A stretch of DNA of 64,000 nt, taken from contig CP075493.1 in the NCBI GenBank assembly GCA_021613535.1, forward strand, positions 16,864,001 through 16,928,000. Reading direction: 5' to 3'. Source of the stretch: Adineta vaga. Lineage: Eukaryota > Animalia > Rotifera. The translations under genes were made by a program, and so were the position numbers. A model generated the notes under the pieces. The model was given only the letters and a program-made list of their open reading frames with translations, made no database searches and was not told the origin of the DNA. Positions 11,666 to 26,769 of this stretch are shown one piece after another (the first letter of the stretch is position 1; each line of letters opens with the position of its first letter).

Positions 11666-14600
11666 CTCTGCTGTCCTTAACTCATTTCATTTTCATCATC
11701 TTATAACTTAGTTATTAACAATACATTTAAATACTAACCATTTTCTTGTCATTAAACGTATATGAATTTGAAAGGCTTGTTTCATTACATTGTATGCATC
11801 AACAAGAGCACATGATTTACAGGCAGAGGAAGAAGACACGATAGATACTACAATATTTATATTAGTATGATATTGTAACAACATGTACCGCCTTCAAATT
11901 ATACTGTAAAAAAAGATTTCATACTAATCGTTAGCTACGAAACCTTCTCTACATTGATCTTTCTTTTGGTTTAGTGAAACACTCTTTTTTAATCATCATA
12001 TTCTAGGTTCCATATTCAGCCACTCCAGAACATATCCTTGAAAGATTTGTTTCGAAACTCGCTTCACACTCGTAAATAATGTTATGGGTGTAGATGAGAG
12101 TGAGTGTTGGACACTCCGCTAAATCTGTTGACATTGATTCTAAACAGTCTAGAAAATAAGATGTAGTTTATAACATATCATCATTTACCTATTTGCCTGC
12201 CGGTCTATTGAAAAGTGGACGTCGGCCGACATAAATAGCCAAATCTTTGCTCTCTGCACGGATATCTTGGCAGTTTTTAATGAATCCTACCAAACCAGTG
12301 ATAGTTTTGTATAAATTTTGCCAAAGGATGAGTGAGTTTACGAAACTAAATACCGTTCTGTGTAATGAAAACGAGATTCATATATTTAGCGGCAGTTCTT
12401 AAGAGATTTGCAACTAATCAGAAATACACGCGTGTATGTTCCTTCTGGATTATAACTGAGACTGGTACTCCCACTTGCGTTGAGTTTTTACAAAGGAAAG
12501 GAAAGTTCTGAATTTTTCAACTCTCGTTTTTGAAAGCAAGAAAAGGAATTTTGAAATGTTTTAACGCTTAACTGCTTGCAAAGTACCAATTACAAACATA
12601 ATTGAGCAATCATTCGTATGACGTTAACTCTAGTACCTCTGCGTTTCTTCTCTGTCCATATTCTATCTTTCTCTGAGGTTGAATCTCAGTTCATTTCCTA
12701 ACGACCATTTATGAAAAGAACGAATTAGAAAGATCAATCTTCTTTTTTTCTGCAATGTATGCGAAATGATCAAATATTTCGAAGGATCAGATTGGATAGA
12801 CGCCTGCATATGCACAAATCTCTTTAGACTAAACAGTTATTGAACATAATAGGTTTCATTTCCTTTCTTTTTGCAAAGGAAATTAGGGAAAATCAGAACG
12901 TTTTTCTTCAGGAAACGAAAAGAATATTTCATAGTAGTCGCGGTTGACTGCTCAATCACATAAGAGATGGGGAGATATGAATATACGTATAGAGTTGACA
13001 TTAGTTTAGCTCAATAAGAGAAAGGATTACATATACATAGGGGAGAAATTGTGCTGATCAGTCAGCAGCACAATACCGACAACATTTTCTGATCTAGCAT
13101 CCTTTTTCACACTTCTTTTTTTTATATCAATAATGTTTGAGTTAGGAGTAAATCTCAATTATTTTGACAGTCTTACACCAACATTAGAAATTCAAAGTTT
13201 TGGAGCAGTTTTCGGCTCGAGATTTTGTATGACGTTTGATTTTGAGACAGTTTTAGGTCTGAGATTTGTTTTTCTCATTTATACTTGAGAACTAGTTACT
13301 TTATTAAGGTAATCTAAATCGATTGGCAGACTAGATGTGATAGCGCTGTGAAAGAGAGGTTATAATTACGTCTCACTAACTATTTATCAACTTGACAGCG
13401 TTCAAAGAGAAAATGAAAACCACCGACAACTCAGCTAGAGACTTTCGAATCAAAGTTCACGAACGGCTGCTCATCATCTTCGAATTCAATTTTTCGGTCC
13501 ACAATTACCATTTAAGGGTTATTCTAGTCGAAATCTATAAAAGGATAACTTTACTTTTTTGTAGAATTATGGATACAACAGAAGGCACGTCAAGCTATGG
13601 TGTTTTGTCAAAAATTCAAAGGTGGTCGTATTAATAAGATTAGTAAAAAGATTATGTCAGTTTGTCAGCTCAATTGTTTTTTCATCCGTCAAGTACAAAC
13701 AAATTTCATCTTTCATGGTATATGTTTCATCGTTTTTCTAGAGAATAAACATTTTCTTATGATGACTATGTTAAGTAACAAGTCGTTCGCTCTGATTCAA
13801 AATGTTTTAGTTGTACTTACTCTCTGCTGGTATCTTCTGATGAGCCCTATCTTCTTTATCTATCTATTACTTCTTGGAAGCAGAATCAAACAGCAAATCC
13901 TAATTTGATACGACTACGTGATTAACTCGCTTACTCATTATGAACGTCTGAAAAGAAAAAGCACTACTAACTTGGTTAAACTGATTGTCGATAACAAACA
14001 TAGTTTAGAGTATGTACCAGCGATTAGTGGGTTTCCAATAACGGTATGTCTGGCATTATTTTACGTTCCTTTCTATTTTCACGCGATGGTATGGTGGTGA
14101 ACACAAGAATTCTTGCGATGGAATATTCTGTTAATGTTTCTTTATGCATTGTTGTGGTGCGACGACACGCTTTATGATAGTCACGGCTGGATCACAAAGC
14201 GTCGTCAATGTGTGTGGTACAGACGATTCTTTAGCAGCCGGTTTAGATAATATGCTCAAATAGTTTGGTACCCGCTCAGTCAATATCTGCCCCATCTACA
14301 TATTCACCATAAATTTAGCATGAAAAATCAATGAGATATTGGTTATATAGGATGGTATCAGTGTGATGGTATCATAGACTTCTTAACTTTTCTTATCACG
14401 TACGAGTGGAATCACAATTGAAACTCTTTTCGATATTTTCACACAGTTTCTACTTCTCATTTCTTGCTTCGCATATATATCAAAGACGTGATATAGAAGT
14501 ATGATCTATTAGCATTGCGTGTATTACTATTTTGTTGTTCGGCTCTCATTGTAGTGAATTCTACAACTGGATTGTGCTTTGAAAGCCACACTTTTCATCA

Positions 14601-15147
14601 CGTTTAGCCAACACGATCGATGAAGGAAAATGCAGCATGGGCCAATGACCCGATTAAATTTGCTACCAGCCAATTAAAATACAGACACTTAGCTATCGGG
14701 TGCAGTAACACATATCAAGAAATGCTCTATATGCCTTATTTCATGATCACTAAGCAGTATCCATGTCTATCAACTTTTTCAGAGTCAGTGCAATGACGTT
14801 GAAATCGAACGTAGATTGAAAGCACATTAAGTCATTGCTAAGACATGTATAAAAAACCTAGCGTTATCGCCTTATGCAACTATATTTCCAATCGAAACGC
14901 ATCTAGACAGCTTTTCTGACTAAATCATATATAGACACGTTTCAGTTCAAGTTTTAAAAGTTGTAAAAACAAATGCAAGTTCATCTCAAATCCGAACTGA
15001 GCTGCCATTCGTATTATGTCAGGATCATCTTACGTTAGCCTACTCTGATGAATAAATTAAATCTTTAACCTAAACAACGAAAATAAAATTTAAATCGAGA
15101 AACTAGTGAGCCATACTAGCTTGAAATGGATTCTCGTTAAAAAAATA

Positions 15148-15537
15148 CAGAGTCGGCCAAAAGTAACAAGGCGCGGACTTTTTTTGGTTTTTTTTCCTAG
15201 TAGATCCTTAATTTTGTTTTCTGTTTTGATTACATATACTAGCTAACAATACTCATAGAAAGAGTCTATCATTAGTCTGCAGCTAAAAGAATTTGTCGAA
15301 TCATATTCTGATACTTGGCATGCATTTCTAAATGACTCATTTAAGTTTATCGTTTTTCTGTAATGTTGCGTTTCAATATTTTAGTAAATTTGTATGAAAA
15401 TCTATAGACTGATAATAGATTCATTCTCTGATTATTGTCTACTGATGTGTGCGGTCCTAATATGAGATCGAACTAAGAGTCTATAAAGAAAAACAATTGA
15501 AAAGAAGTCTGTGACTCGTTCCTTTTGGTTCGCCCTG
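15148..15537. mobile_element. Tc1/mariner-type MITE
   Basis: TA|cagagtcggccaaaag ... cttttggttcgccctg|TA imperfect TIRs, plus an internal inverted repeat (agtctatcattagtct / agactgataatagatt). Confidence 0.6.
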
Positions 15538-17282
15538 TATATCGTCTGACTTGGTCGGTTGTTTTACACATACATCGGGCAAACACTCGAGAACTATCAC
15601 AATTAGATGATGTGAGCAACTAAAATATTTATCGTTTTACATTTAAACCTCTCTCACTGCAAAAGAATTGAATTCAGCGTCCCAATAAATGACATGTCGG
15701 TAGTCTCGTTGTATGAGTGGTGTCGCAAATCTCGCAGATCAGGGATGCAAAAGACGTTGTTAAAGAAGCGGGAGATGCATATCCAGAGGAAGATCCCCCA
15801 TATTCGTAGGGATATGTATCTCCCGTTGTTGTCTCAGCCCAAGAATGATGAAAATCTTTCTATTATTTTTTATTCAAGAGGTACTGGAATACGCGTATCG
15901 TTCATCTTCATCTCGCGCTTCCAAACAGAAATTCATGCCATTCTTAATTCACATCTTTACAAAATGTATAAGCCGATTCATACTAACACATAGACATCGA
16001 AGCATATCCTGTACCCACGCCCTTTACTAGTTATTTAAAGCATATAGAGGATCACAGAAATATTTTTAGTTCATAGTATTTGAACTTTTTGTAGAAAAAA
16101 AGGTTAGAAATATCTTAATGAAATATAGAATAAAGAAATCAGAACACAACTTATATGTGTTGCAAAAATATATCAATAATTAAAATAAAATAAAATTTAA
16201 CATCGGTGGATTCTCAACATAACTTTAACTAATATTTTAATCAAAAGAATTTCATATTTTTCATGAAGAAAACGCAAAAGTGCATAAATGCAGAACTTCA
16301 TTGCATTGCACCTAAGATTATTTGAAAAAAAGTCATTTAGGTCGGATGGAATAGCAAAACACATCGAAAGTCTTAGTTCGTACGGTAAAAATTTTATTTG
16401 AGTGATCCCGTTATAATTCAAAGTATTTCCTCCATTTATTTTCCAATTTACTGATGCATCCTCACACTTTCTTTTCCTATACATCGTCCCTATTCCTTCT
16501 CATTTATAAACTAGCGTTAACATGCCAGCTTTTCATTTAAAATATATAACATTTTAAAACATCTGGCAAAGTGCTGAATAACCATGTAAATAATACAAAA
16601 TCGTCGAATACTTTACCGAACTAATAATAATTTCGTAAAGAGAATTTGAAACTTCATCTTATACAGTGAAATAAAAGATGGTTTCGTCTACATATTACGC
16701 AGTTTTTTAACATTCTACAAAGTCATCATTAAGTTAGTTCGTGATGTAAGAAACGACAAACAATCCTCCGGGTTTCGTGGAAAACTCTCTTGAAAATTGA
16801 TGAATAATACAAAAATATGCTAAGCTTGAAGATTTCTGCGTAAAAAATGAAACAGGCTGCATTTCACCAATTTTACACAATTTACTGCAAAAATACGAAG
16901 ATTTGGAAGTTGAATGGTGAACCTATATTTCAAAATATAAAGAAAACCTCTTGACCGATTGAAAATGTTCATTGTCAATTAAGATTATTATTCTTAGTAA
17001 AATACACATGTCCGAAGAATTTGTAAAGATGTGAACTCGATTAGTTTTAGCCAACTATAATGTTTTAGGAAAATATGAAAATATCAGAAATAGTCAACTT
17101 TAGACAAGCTATTTGGATATAGAGCCGAAGTATTTGAAAACAACGGTCAACTTATTGGTTAGAAAATCCTTTATTAAATAAATTTTTCTTTAGTCGAATA
17201 AAAATAAAATATTTATTAGTCGAACAAAGGTCGTTTGTAGCATTTGAGTTTTTTTATTTCGTCTCTGATGGATAGAATTTTC

Positions 17283-18521
17283 CTAATCCTTCCAGATATA
17301 AAAGTATTTATTTGTTTTAAATCCATTGAAATTTGTAGACGTTGCACTAGTATAAGCACCTACATTATAAAACAGAAGACAATCACCAATTTCTAACAGC
17401 GGTAGATTCACTGATATTGACAAGCAATCAAATGAATCACACGTAGGTCCAAAAACAGCTGAACGGTATTTTTTCTCCTTGTATTGAGTCAAATTTCTCT
17501 GACGTTTTCGTAAACAACAAACACGGTAGGTTGCTTTCTCATACAAAATATTGCTCAATGATCCATATATACCATCGTTGAGATAGTAGGAATTTTCTAC
17601 GAGTTGCATTTGGTTAATATCTAAGTGATTACTGTCTATATCTGAGAACACATCGAAGTATTTTTTGTTATCCAAACGGCAACCGATTACTGATGCAACA
17701 AGGTCCATGCAACCAGCAGCAAAGTATCGTCCAGGCTCAGCTATTACATGTATATCTGCAAAGAGTATCAATTAAAAGATGCAGAAAATAAGAACTGTAC
17801 CTTCGCTCTGCGGAAATAATTTATCCAATGTTTGGTTTATTGTTCTAGCTACTTCGGAGAATACCGACTTTCCCTCCTCATCGACACCTGGAAAGCCACC
17901 ACCAATATCTAACACTGTGAAGTTGAATCCATAATTTGATTTTTTCACAATATCAAATAGACTTTTAGCAAATTCCAGTGAGTGCTCAAATGCGATTTTA
18001 TCATAGCATCCGGTGCCGACATGAAATGCGCATCCAATTAGTTCTAGACTTAGTTTTTTCGCTAATTTTAACAGTCGAATAGCCATATATTCGTTAACCC
18101 CAAATTTGGCAGAAAATGCAATCACCGACTGACTATCGTCTACTTTTAAACGGATTAAAACTTTTGCGTTGGGCCAATGTTCTTTGATTTTAATTAGTTC
18201 ATATTCATTATCAGCAACAGTCAGTAGTGCGCCTCGATCTTTAAAGTAAGTAATATGCGAAATCTGCTTGCATGGATTAGAATAAATAATTCGCTTTGAG
18301 CAGTCAATATTTGGACATACTGAAAGGATCACATTTAATTCACTGATCGAGGCACAATCAAATCCTCCACCCATTTTTTCTATTATTTTAATAATAAAAA
18401 CATTATCATTTGTTTTAACAGCATAAAATGATTTTACACGTGGCAGATAATGTGTCCATTTAATATACTGTTTGGCACAATGAGACACGTCAACAATGTA
18501 AAACGGATCTTCGTTGTCCAT
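17283..18521 (-). CDS. Group IV (fold III) PLP-dependent ornithine/arginine decarboxylase
   Basis: Two ORFs joined by a 45 bp GT-AG intron (17756-17800; E-D-I-H-V-I-A-E-P-G-R). Motifs FYAVKTN (PLP Lys), FDCAS, FHVGTG, LDIGGGFPG, AEPGRYF, GPTCDSFD and GAYT. An upstream AG acceptor near 18538 means the start is uncertain. Confidence 0.92.
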
Positions 18522-21319
18522 TTGACGTATAAAATGTCTAATCAGTAATAGAAAAAGTGAAATATTTATTTTTGAAAAAACAATAAGATCAAATTTTTCT
18601 CATTTATTAGATACAAACTACGTAACTATTGTCAAATCATGTTAACGAAAGTAGGCACTGCTATTATGGAACGCCAGTGTGAATTTTCTCCATTGAGTAT
18701 TCAACTAAAAAGCTAGCAAATTGATACGAAACGTTAAAAAAGGCTTCATCTCGAAGTTTGAAATATTTGTGCACTATCAATTATTAATATATTCACTTTA
18801 TTAACTCGAGATTTAAGATATTATAAAGGAAAATTTGTGTTTTTTTGCATTCACTGATTCAATATATGCGTCAGTGAGAATATTGATGCGAAGGATACAA
18901 ATGATATTTTCATATACGTATCAAAAATACTAGCTTTTATTTTGAGTATTGTTCTTTTGTGTTATATGTATATTAATTAACATAAAAGCTTCTCTAAAAA
19001 ATGTCAGTACGCGAAAATACAAGAGAAAAGTTTGTATTTTTATACCACATCCAGTAACAGATTGAAGAAGTTTGCAATAGGATCGAAAGATAAATAAGAT
19101 TGAGAAACAAACGATTGGGTAGAAACCGCGAAACAGCTTTCAAGAATCACAGCGAATTGAAGATCTTTTAGGTTTCATAAAAACATACCGACTGATATAT
19201 TAAACCATTTAATTATTTATCTTATGGAATATATATTCTTATACACATGATACTAGTCTTCTGACGCATATTCTTCATATATTTGGTTCAACTAACCAAA
19301 TAGAGTTAATTTGACATCGCCAGCTTTCTCACCATTTTGTATTATGTCAAAGATTTTATTTTTTATCAGAATATATTCCTAGACTTGACAAATTGATGAT
19401 ACAAAGAGCTTTGCGCCTAGCATTTACTTTATTGTGCAGCGATCGTTTATAGGAATAGAAATGACTATTGTCTAAGTCGGAAAAAGCGTATCTCTGCACC
19501 CCAAAACAACCGAAAATACAAAAAACCACACAAGTCAGAGATGGACAAGTCGAGTCACGTCAAAACGTATGGCATGTATATATTTTATGTACTCCAATTT
19601 TGGTCTCTAATTTGAAGTGTAACAGAAAAATAAAATAAAGGATTTTCAATATGTTGAAAGTCATTTTCATTTTTTTTCGGCCATCTTACTTCCCAGTTGA
19701 TCAATTTTGGCCTTACTTGTCTTACTTAATCTCTGATAGAAATAAGCTTATTATTGTCTTACTGCGCATGTTTATCATCATCGTATACCTAAACCAGAAA
19801 AGCCTGCGCTGCGAAGGCAGAATAAAAACAAACGATTTCTGTACTCTGAATGTGCAAACAAGAATTGTATCGTTCTAATATTTCCTATATCGCTTCAAAC
19901 TCTGCAACTGCTATAGCTGCAGTTGACTTTGATGTTCGTGTGTTTTGCTCACACTACGTTCGACAATGTATCGAAAAATTTCGAACGGGTGTGGATGTAG
20001 GTATGAGCGTGGGTATTATTCTTCTCTTCATACAATATAAAAGATTTAATTCTCTGAAACTCATCTGCGGGAGCTAGATTTTGGAACGCTCAACTATCTG
20101 TCCACCTAAGCCCACCTTTAGGCTTTCAATTTTCAGAATATATTAGAAGTCCACTGGTCTTCTATTCCGTGGAGGGTTTTATTTACTGATGCACTTAGTC
20201 TTTGACAATAAGTGTGTAACAACAGAAACGATTTTGAAACATGCCGTGTGTGAGAATCGCTTATTATTAACTATGGCTCATTTTGAGATTATGAAAATAC
20301 GATTACAACTGAATCAACGTTGGAGCTTAAATTTTTAAAAAGAAAAGATAAAAATTCTCCTTTTTACGTGTTATTCAATACATCAAGATGGAACAACAGA
20401 GAGAGAGGGGGGGGTTTAGAAGACAGATACAGACAAGGTTTGATCTTTTCCCTGAAATTCTTTCCTAACGACAACAAGAAGTAACAACAGCCGACAAACG
20501 CAGAAAGAAAAAGAAGATTAAACGAACAAAAATTTCAAGTAGCATAAAGATTTAAGTACACAATTGATTTTATTGCGTTTAAGCCAATCGCTACAGCAAA
20601 AAATAGTCGTACAATCAGATAAAAAATGTTGGAAAAGTAAATCGTAAGTACGTAGCAGTTGCCGCGAATGAACGGCATACCTTACTGGCTTCCCAGATAT
20701 TTTTACCCGAGAATAATCGCTACGAATAATTAGTTTTTGTATGGTGTATTAGCTTTTTAGTTTAATTATGAATGCAGTACAGAACTTAGTTACGAAAACC
20801 ATGTGTATTTCTCGTTATGAGTTCATATTCGCTGATCAAGGCTCACTATACGAAAATGTATCCACTTGTTCTGTTCAGATTTATTCACCTATCCAATAAG
20901 ACTCTTTCGGACTATCTAAAAATATCCTGGTTGCTGTAATTATATAATTGCTAGAAGAAGTTAATAGGAATATCTCTCGGTCATTTCGAGTTAGACTAAA
21001 ATTCAAAATGTACACTGCAATCGAATACGAATGCTCAATACAACATGCTTTGTTTTAAAACTGTGTGGTGGGAATAAAAGGATAGTCTATGGGCATAATC
21101 TTATGTCTCGGTTCTATTATGTTGAGAAAGGATGTTGAAACACGAAGACTGAAATAAACCATATGGCTTTTTTTCAAAAATCTAAGCATTTTCTTTCACA
21201 ACACAAAATGAACGTGTAGTTTTCTCTTGTTCGTCTTTGAACGATGAAAGTGGTTTATTCAACAGGCTACTTTTTTTGAAAGTAACTGAAATAATACATT
21301 TCCAACTGAAAAATCTTAC

Positions 21320-22887
21320 CTGGCAATAGATTCATCAGATTCGTCAGAAGTAACGTGATGAGCATTCATTTCATTTTCAAAAAAGTTTCTCAATTTATCA
21401 TCAACAAAGAATTGCTGGTTATAAATGGAATTTCCATTTGATGATACTGACTGCTCGACATTATCGATATTGCCAATAGAAGCAGATGTCTGTTTTTCGA
21501 ACCGATGGAAGGCATGTGCTAAACCAATCTCATGAGCTTCTCTTAGTTGACCACTAGTACGCGTTGCTGATGTTATTGGTTCTAAAAATCAAAATAGAAT
21601 TTACCACATCTAAGAAATATTCACTAGAATTTCGTGCTTGGGAATAACTAGGGTGTTTATTTCATTTATTTGAAGAGCTAGGATAGAAAATAGATTTAAT
21701 ATAAAAAGAATCCGAAAATGATGTGTACCGTTCAGGGTTCGATCAGAACGCGTCAGAAAGTTAGCTTTTATTTTGTATATTTTTCGAGTAAAATGCATTT
21801 TATACGCTACTCTAATTTACGATGAAGATTTTTGAAACGTCTATTGATGCTTATAAAAGGAATTTGATTAGATCTTGACAACTATTCAGTTATCGAGAGC
21901 AAAGATGAATGTGAAACGAAATAGTGAGGAGCAGTAGCGTCCTGTAATATCACATATCCGGCGTTTTCGAGACGCACCCTCATCTCTCAAGAGACGAGCT
22001 AGTCTCCATCGGGAGATGCAGCATTTTGGACGATATATGCGCATATCGAAGGGTGAGGGTACGTATTTTGATGGAGATAACTGCATATCCCGCACAAAAT
22101 GCTTACCAAATAAATTCAAATCTTTCCGTTGTGGATATGGCATTTTGTTCTTCAAGTTGCTTTGAGATGGTAAAACACATACTTTTAGTATTGCTATTAG
22201 CATTTGTAATAGAATCAAAAGTAATAAAGATATTAAAGAAACGATATTAATTTTAACTTGCAGGCAAATCGCACCTAAGCAAAATAAAGAGATAGCCACT
22301 TCGATTATATTCAATTTAGCACTATATTTAATAGGCAGTTTTGTTGAAATGATGACGTCATTTTGAGGAATAAAATTCACCAAGTCCAAAACTAAGGGAA
22401 TAAAAACACCGAGTAGTTTTGGAATCCATATGTGAGATTTTGACAACACAAACAAGTGGTAATGGGCTAATCCGTTCAAGACAGTCCATGCTAATATTTG
22501 AATATAGTATCGTGAAAATGTAAGACTCTCTTTTAGTAATAAATGCTTTGAAGTTATTGTTGTGGAATGACCATGTTCATTAGATCTGTCAGAATATTTT
22601 ATTTGACAGGCTAGTAGGAATGATAAGCTAACAAATAGCACAAAAGTGGTGGGTGTAATCATTAAATCATGATAGCAAGTTAAGAAGATTACAATGATTT
22701 TGCCACATAAAATATGTGATATCATCCCTCCAGTTGATAGATCACGAATATCCTGTAGTTGATAATTAAGAATAGCTTGTGTTGTCGATATAATGACTCT
22801 ATATACTGATGCAATTGCTTGGAAGGTATTTGCAAGCGAGACTTGAGTTATCTGTGAAACGTCGATGTCCTTCAAAATTTGTTTCAT
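21320..22887 (-). CDS. Unknown multi-pass membrane protein (spliced, ends uncertain)
   Basis: 333 aa ORF with several hydrophobic segments; the phase-1 donor at 22106 (TTTG|GTAAGC) matches the acceptor at 21582, giving an open exon 21581-21320 that ends at GTAAG. Confidence 0.5.
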
Positions 22888-25800
22888 GGAGTATTCGTTC
22901 TGGTTATAGATCTATCTGAAAACAAAACTAGCGCTCAATAAGGTACAACAATCACTTGAAACTGAATATCCTTATTATTGACGAATCAATACTTATTTAT
23001 TTCAGGAAATCAATTTAGATCGAGCTTATAGTCGTCAACAATAATGTTTTTTTAAGCTTCTTTCGAACCCTTTTTAGATCGACCTAAATCATTTCGATAT
23101 CTAGTAGTCCATTAAGCGTATAAATAACACATTAGACACAATAATTATAAGGCGTTATGTGCAGAAATCTAGGAGTAAATATCTTTATGAGACCTTAAAT
23201 GCAGAAATAGATAATTGGGTACAAGGATGTGCGAACAAATATAGAAAGAAGGAATAAACTTAGTTGTATGGAATTCAGTCTAACGTTAATAGGTAAAATG
23301 AAGGGGGAAAAAATTTATTTCAATATCGGAAATCGTATGAAATCAATGAAACCAATAAATCACGAAATCAGTTTGTTCTCCCTTAGGTAAAATGTAAAAG
23401 TAAGTAATTAGATATATTTACAATCGGTTAAATCTAGAGACGATGACTAGACACAGGGATAAGAGATTTAGTATATCAATAATGTATTATACTAAGTTAT
23501 GAGGAATTGTGTTTACGCACAACGGGTTAGACATAACTAAAAGGAATTCAATAACAAGATAATGTATTAAACATTGGTATAAGGGACTATACATAGTGAT
23601 AAGTAGTTAATTCAAGGAAAGGAGGATCAAGCATAAGGGCTTGATTATAGAAGTAAGATGTCCAACTTAGTTTTTATGAGTTATATCTATGGATAGGGTA
23701 CACTCTACAAAAGAGGTGTTTCACGGAACCAGTGCTCAGAGGAAAAATCTTTTTGGTTTCGTACGAATTGGTCAAACGTAATAAAAGCTTAGCAATTCAC
23801 ACATGGAATCAAAAAAATCTTTAGATGGACACAAGGAGTTCAGCATATGGATAATTGATTAGAGATAGTTATAAGAGTTTATATGTAGGGGTAAGAGTTA
23901 GACATGGTCGTAAGATATTAACCAATTAACTAGAACGATAATGAAGTAGGTTCAGGAATAAGATTTCAGATATAGTTGTAAGAAGTTAACGCAACGGAAA
24001 CTTTAATATATATATATATGACACCAAACGGTAGTGATTTGATTAATAACAAGTATCTACGATAAACTGAACAACACACTGTATTATTCTCAGCAAATAC
24101 ACATAGGAAAGGTTCTTGGAGTACAAAACACTTCTGTTTATTCGTCTCTCGAGTCGACTCTCTCCAGAGGGTGAGACTAAGACTGCATTTAAACTAGATC
24201 AATTCCAGACTAGGGGAAACAGCAGATTAGAAGAAAAATAGGAACAATCAGGCTTTAGCTAACCTTATTGCAACAGAAATACTCACATGAAGCTCACTGT
24301 AGGAATAACCGTTTAGGCATATAAATAATAGTGCAGTAGTAAGAAGAAAAGGATAATGATGTTAATCTGAGGATTGATATGAATCCTTTGCGCGAAATGT
24401 TTACTAATGCAGTCCAAAAAATCTTCTTATTCGAATGTACACCTTTGTGTTTATATAAAGTAGAAAAGACCAATATGTCGACTGGCACAGAAAATTGGCG
24501 TTTTTACGTTGGCTTTTATTATCTGTGTTACGATGACAATTGCGAATTCCACCTTACACCCATAAATGCTTCGGGAACCTAATGAGCACGTATTTGAATT
24601 TATCTAATACAAAAAACCTTTAATAATTTCATGTACAATAAAAGTCGATGCGGTTCACTATCCATTTTGCTATACGTATAAAGCTCTACCTTTAAGTCTT
24701 ACGTAAGACAAAAGCTTCACATAATCATGTGCGACAGGGAGTAGTTCTTTTATTTATATGTCCCATCGTCGAAATGAATATGATTAAAGAACTAAATTGT
24801 CGAAACAAATATCATCGAAATAGAGACCATCAACATACCTGTCCGAACTCCGAATTTCATGGAATCTTCTAATTCGACAATCTTTCTTTGGACAATCTTA
24901 TTTTTCGGTAATATTTGTTTCGGTGATCATCATCATAATCCACGATATTAATTTCCAGATTTTTTCATATTTACAGTTGATATCAAGCAACGTCATATAA
25001 TCTTGTAGAGATTCTCACAATGTATGTTTTCGTATTAAATATACGAAAATTGATGGAGACTCTATGAAGAAAATTTGAAAATACAAAACTATCTATTTTT
25101 ACTGCAACATCCCTTGCGATCTACGAAACGATCATCCCATTCGGCAGTTTACGAAACTACCAGACGTTTCGTATATTTTATAATAAACTTTGAAGCAGAT
25201 AATAAAGTGGTACAGAGCTCAATACCAATAATGCAAAACCTTCGGACCCTTCTTGAAATAATGGATAGTTTCATATAAAAAATACGGCACTTTTCTCAGA
25301 TAATGAAACCAACAACAATATCGCAGCATATTATAAAACCTTATGCTATTTTACAAAATGATTAGACTAGTACATGGTGTAAGTTCTTGAAGAAAATCAC
25401 GAAACTTGAAACCGTTTGATAAAAAAATGCAGAAATTTTAAGCTTCTGTAAGCAATCATTTTTTTAGAGTGTAAGTGAAAGAACGATGACTAATATCAGT
25501 ATATGAGCCGGTGCAAAGTAATTGTTTGAATCGGTACCTATACTATTAAGGAAAAAAGCCTATGTACTAGAATTAAGTCATCAGTAGCGACCGTTCGATC
25601 TGGATTTTTCAAGATTCTGCTGATCGAGTCCATATAGAAGAAATATCTTATGCATTTAGTGATATTTTTGTAAATCCTCGAAATTTTTATCTGTTTTGTT
25701 TGAAAGCTATAGAATACACTGGGGGAGAATGTATTATACGAAACTTCAGAGGTAGTTCGTAGTTCGGAACGAAATAAAAATCTATTAAAAGTTTCATACA

Positions 25801-26769
25801 AATGCGATTTCATAGTAGAAATTTTATTCAGATCTCAATACAGTCCCAATAACATTTTGCCAATCTATTTATAAATTCCTATATTACGATATCTATTGCC
25901 TATGTTTTTGCACATTCACCTGTACTGCTGAATCAAGTCCCCTGTCTTTATCATCTCAATATATCGCCTTAATCTCTATAACCATATTCTGTCACTTTAA
26001 TCTATTCCTTTTATCTATCGCCCTATTCTATTATTAAATCGATTATATGCATGTTACAATATCAATAATATTCATCTTAGTGGTATTTGTATAAAAACCA
26101 GTTATTTTGAAGAAGTTACCTTTCCATAATGAAAATCTCAAGTCTTCATTTTCCCATCCCGGTAAGACTGTTGCTTGAAAATAAAGCTATTTTATAAAAC
26201 CTAGACTAAAGAACTCCGAGATCGGCCAATCTGAATTTTCAAATGAAATATCAAAGTTTTTACATTTTCCCTTGATTCACGTAAGTTAGAAACAAACCAA
26301 AAACAAATTAGCTTGAAGGGTCGAGTCTTTCCTGAGATATAGCTGATCATAATTGCAACGAGTTGGGCCAGATTTTGATAAACTTGAGATTCAACGCTTT
26401 TCAGTAAATTTTGATATTCCAAATAACGATAAGAGTTATAAACGTCATTATTCTACCACGTATACTATCAACAATGAGATTTCTTCTAAGTGTGTTGTAA
26501 GTTGCAATAATCGCATATAATATCAAGCAGATGACAGAAAAGCAAAAACAAAACACACTCAATCGAATAAGACACCCACTATATATACTCTCTAAATATA
26601 GAGAAGCAGAGGGAGGAAGAAAAAGAAAAATAAATGTGAAGAGGATGGGACAAAACAAACAAAACGAAATATGCGAAAGAGAGAATAAGATATGAATGAG
26701 GATGGAAAAATGTTAAGAAGAGTATGCATGGAAAGAAAACAAATGAGAGGGAAAAATGATATATCATAA

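Noticed and set aside
11700-17200. Short ORFs of 60-103 aa in the intergenic region
   Set aside because: No motifs or consistent splice structure; typical random ORFs in AT-rich DNA.
18654-18683. Possible regulatory uORF (MEKIHTGVP*) upstream of the decarboxylase
   Set aside because: The transcript 5' end is unknown and short ORFs arise by chance; there is no conservation evidence.
21515-21540. AHEIGLAH as a zinc-protease HExxH motif
   Set aside because: The spacing does not match HExxH and there is no other metalloprotease context.
23000-24280. Possible degenerate LTR retroelement (tggtgtca PBS-like motif on the minus strand)
   Set aside because: No second LTR and no recognisable gag/pol motifs.
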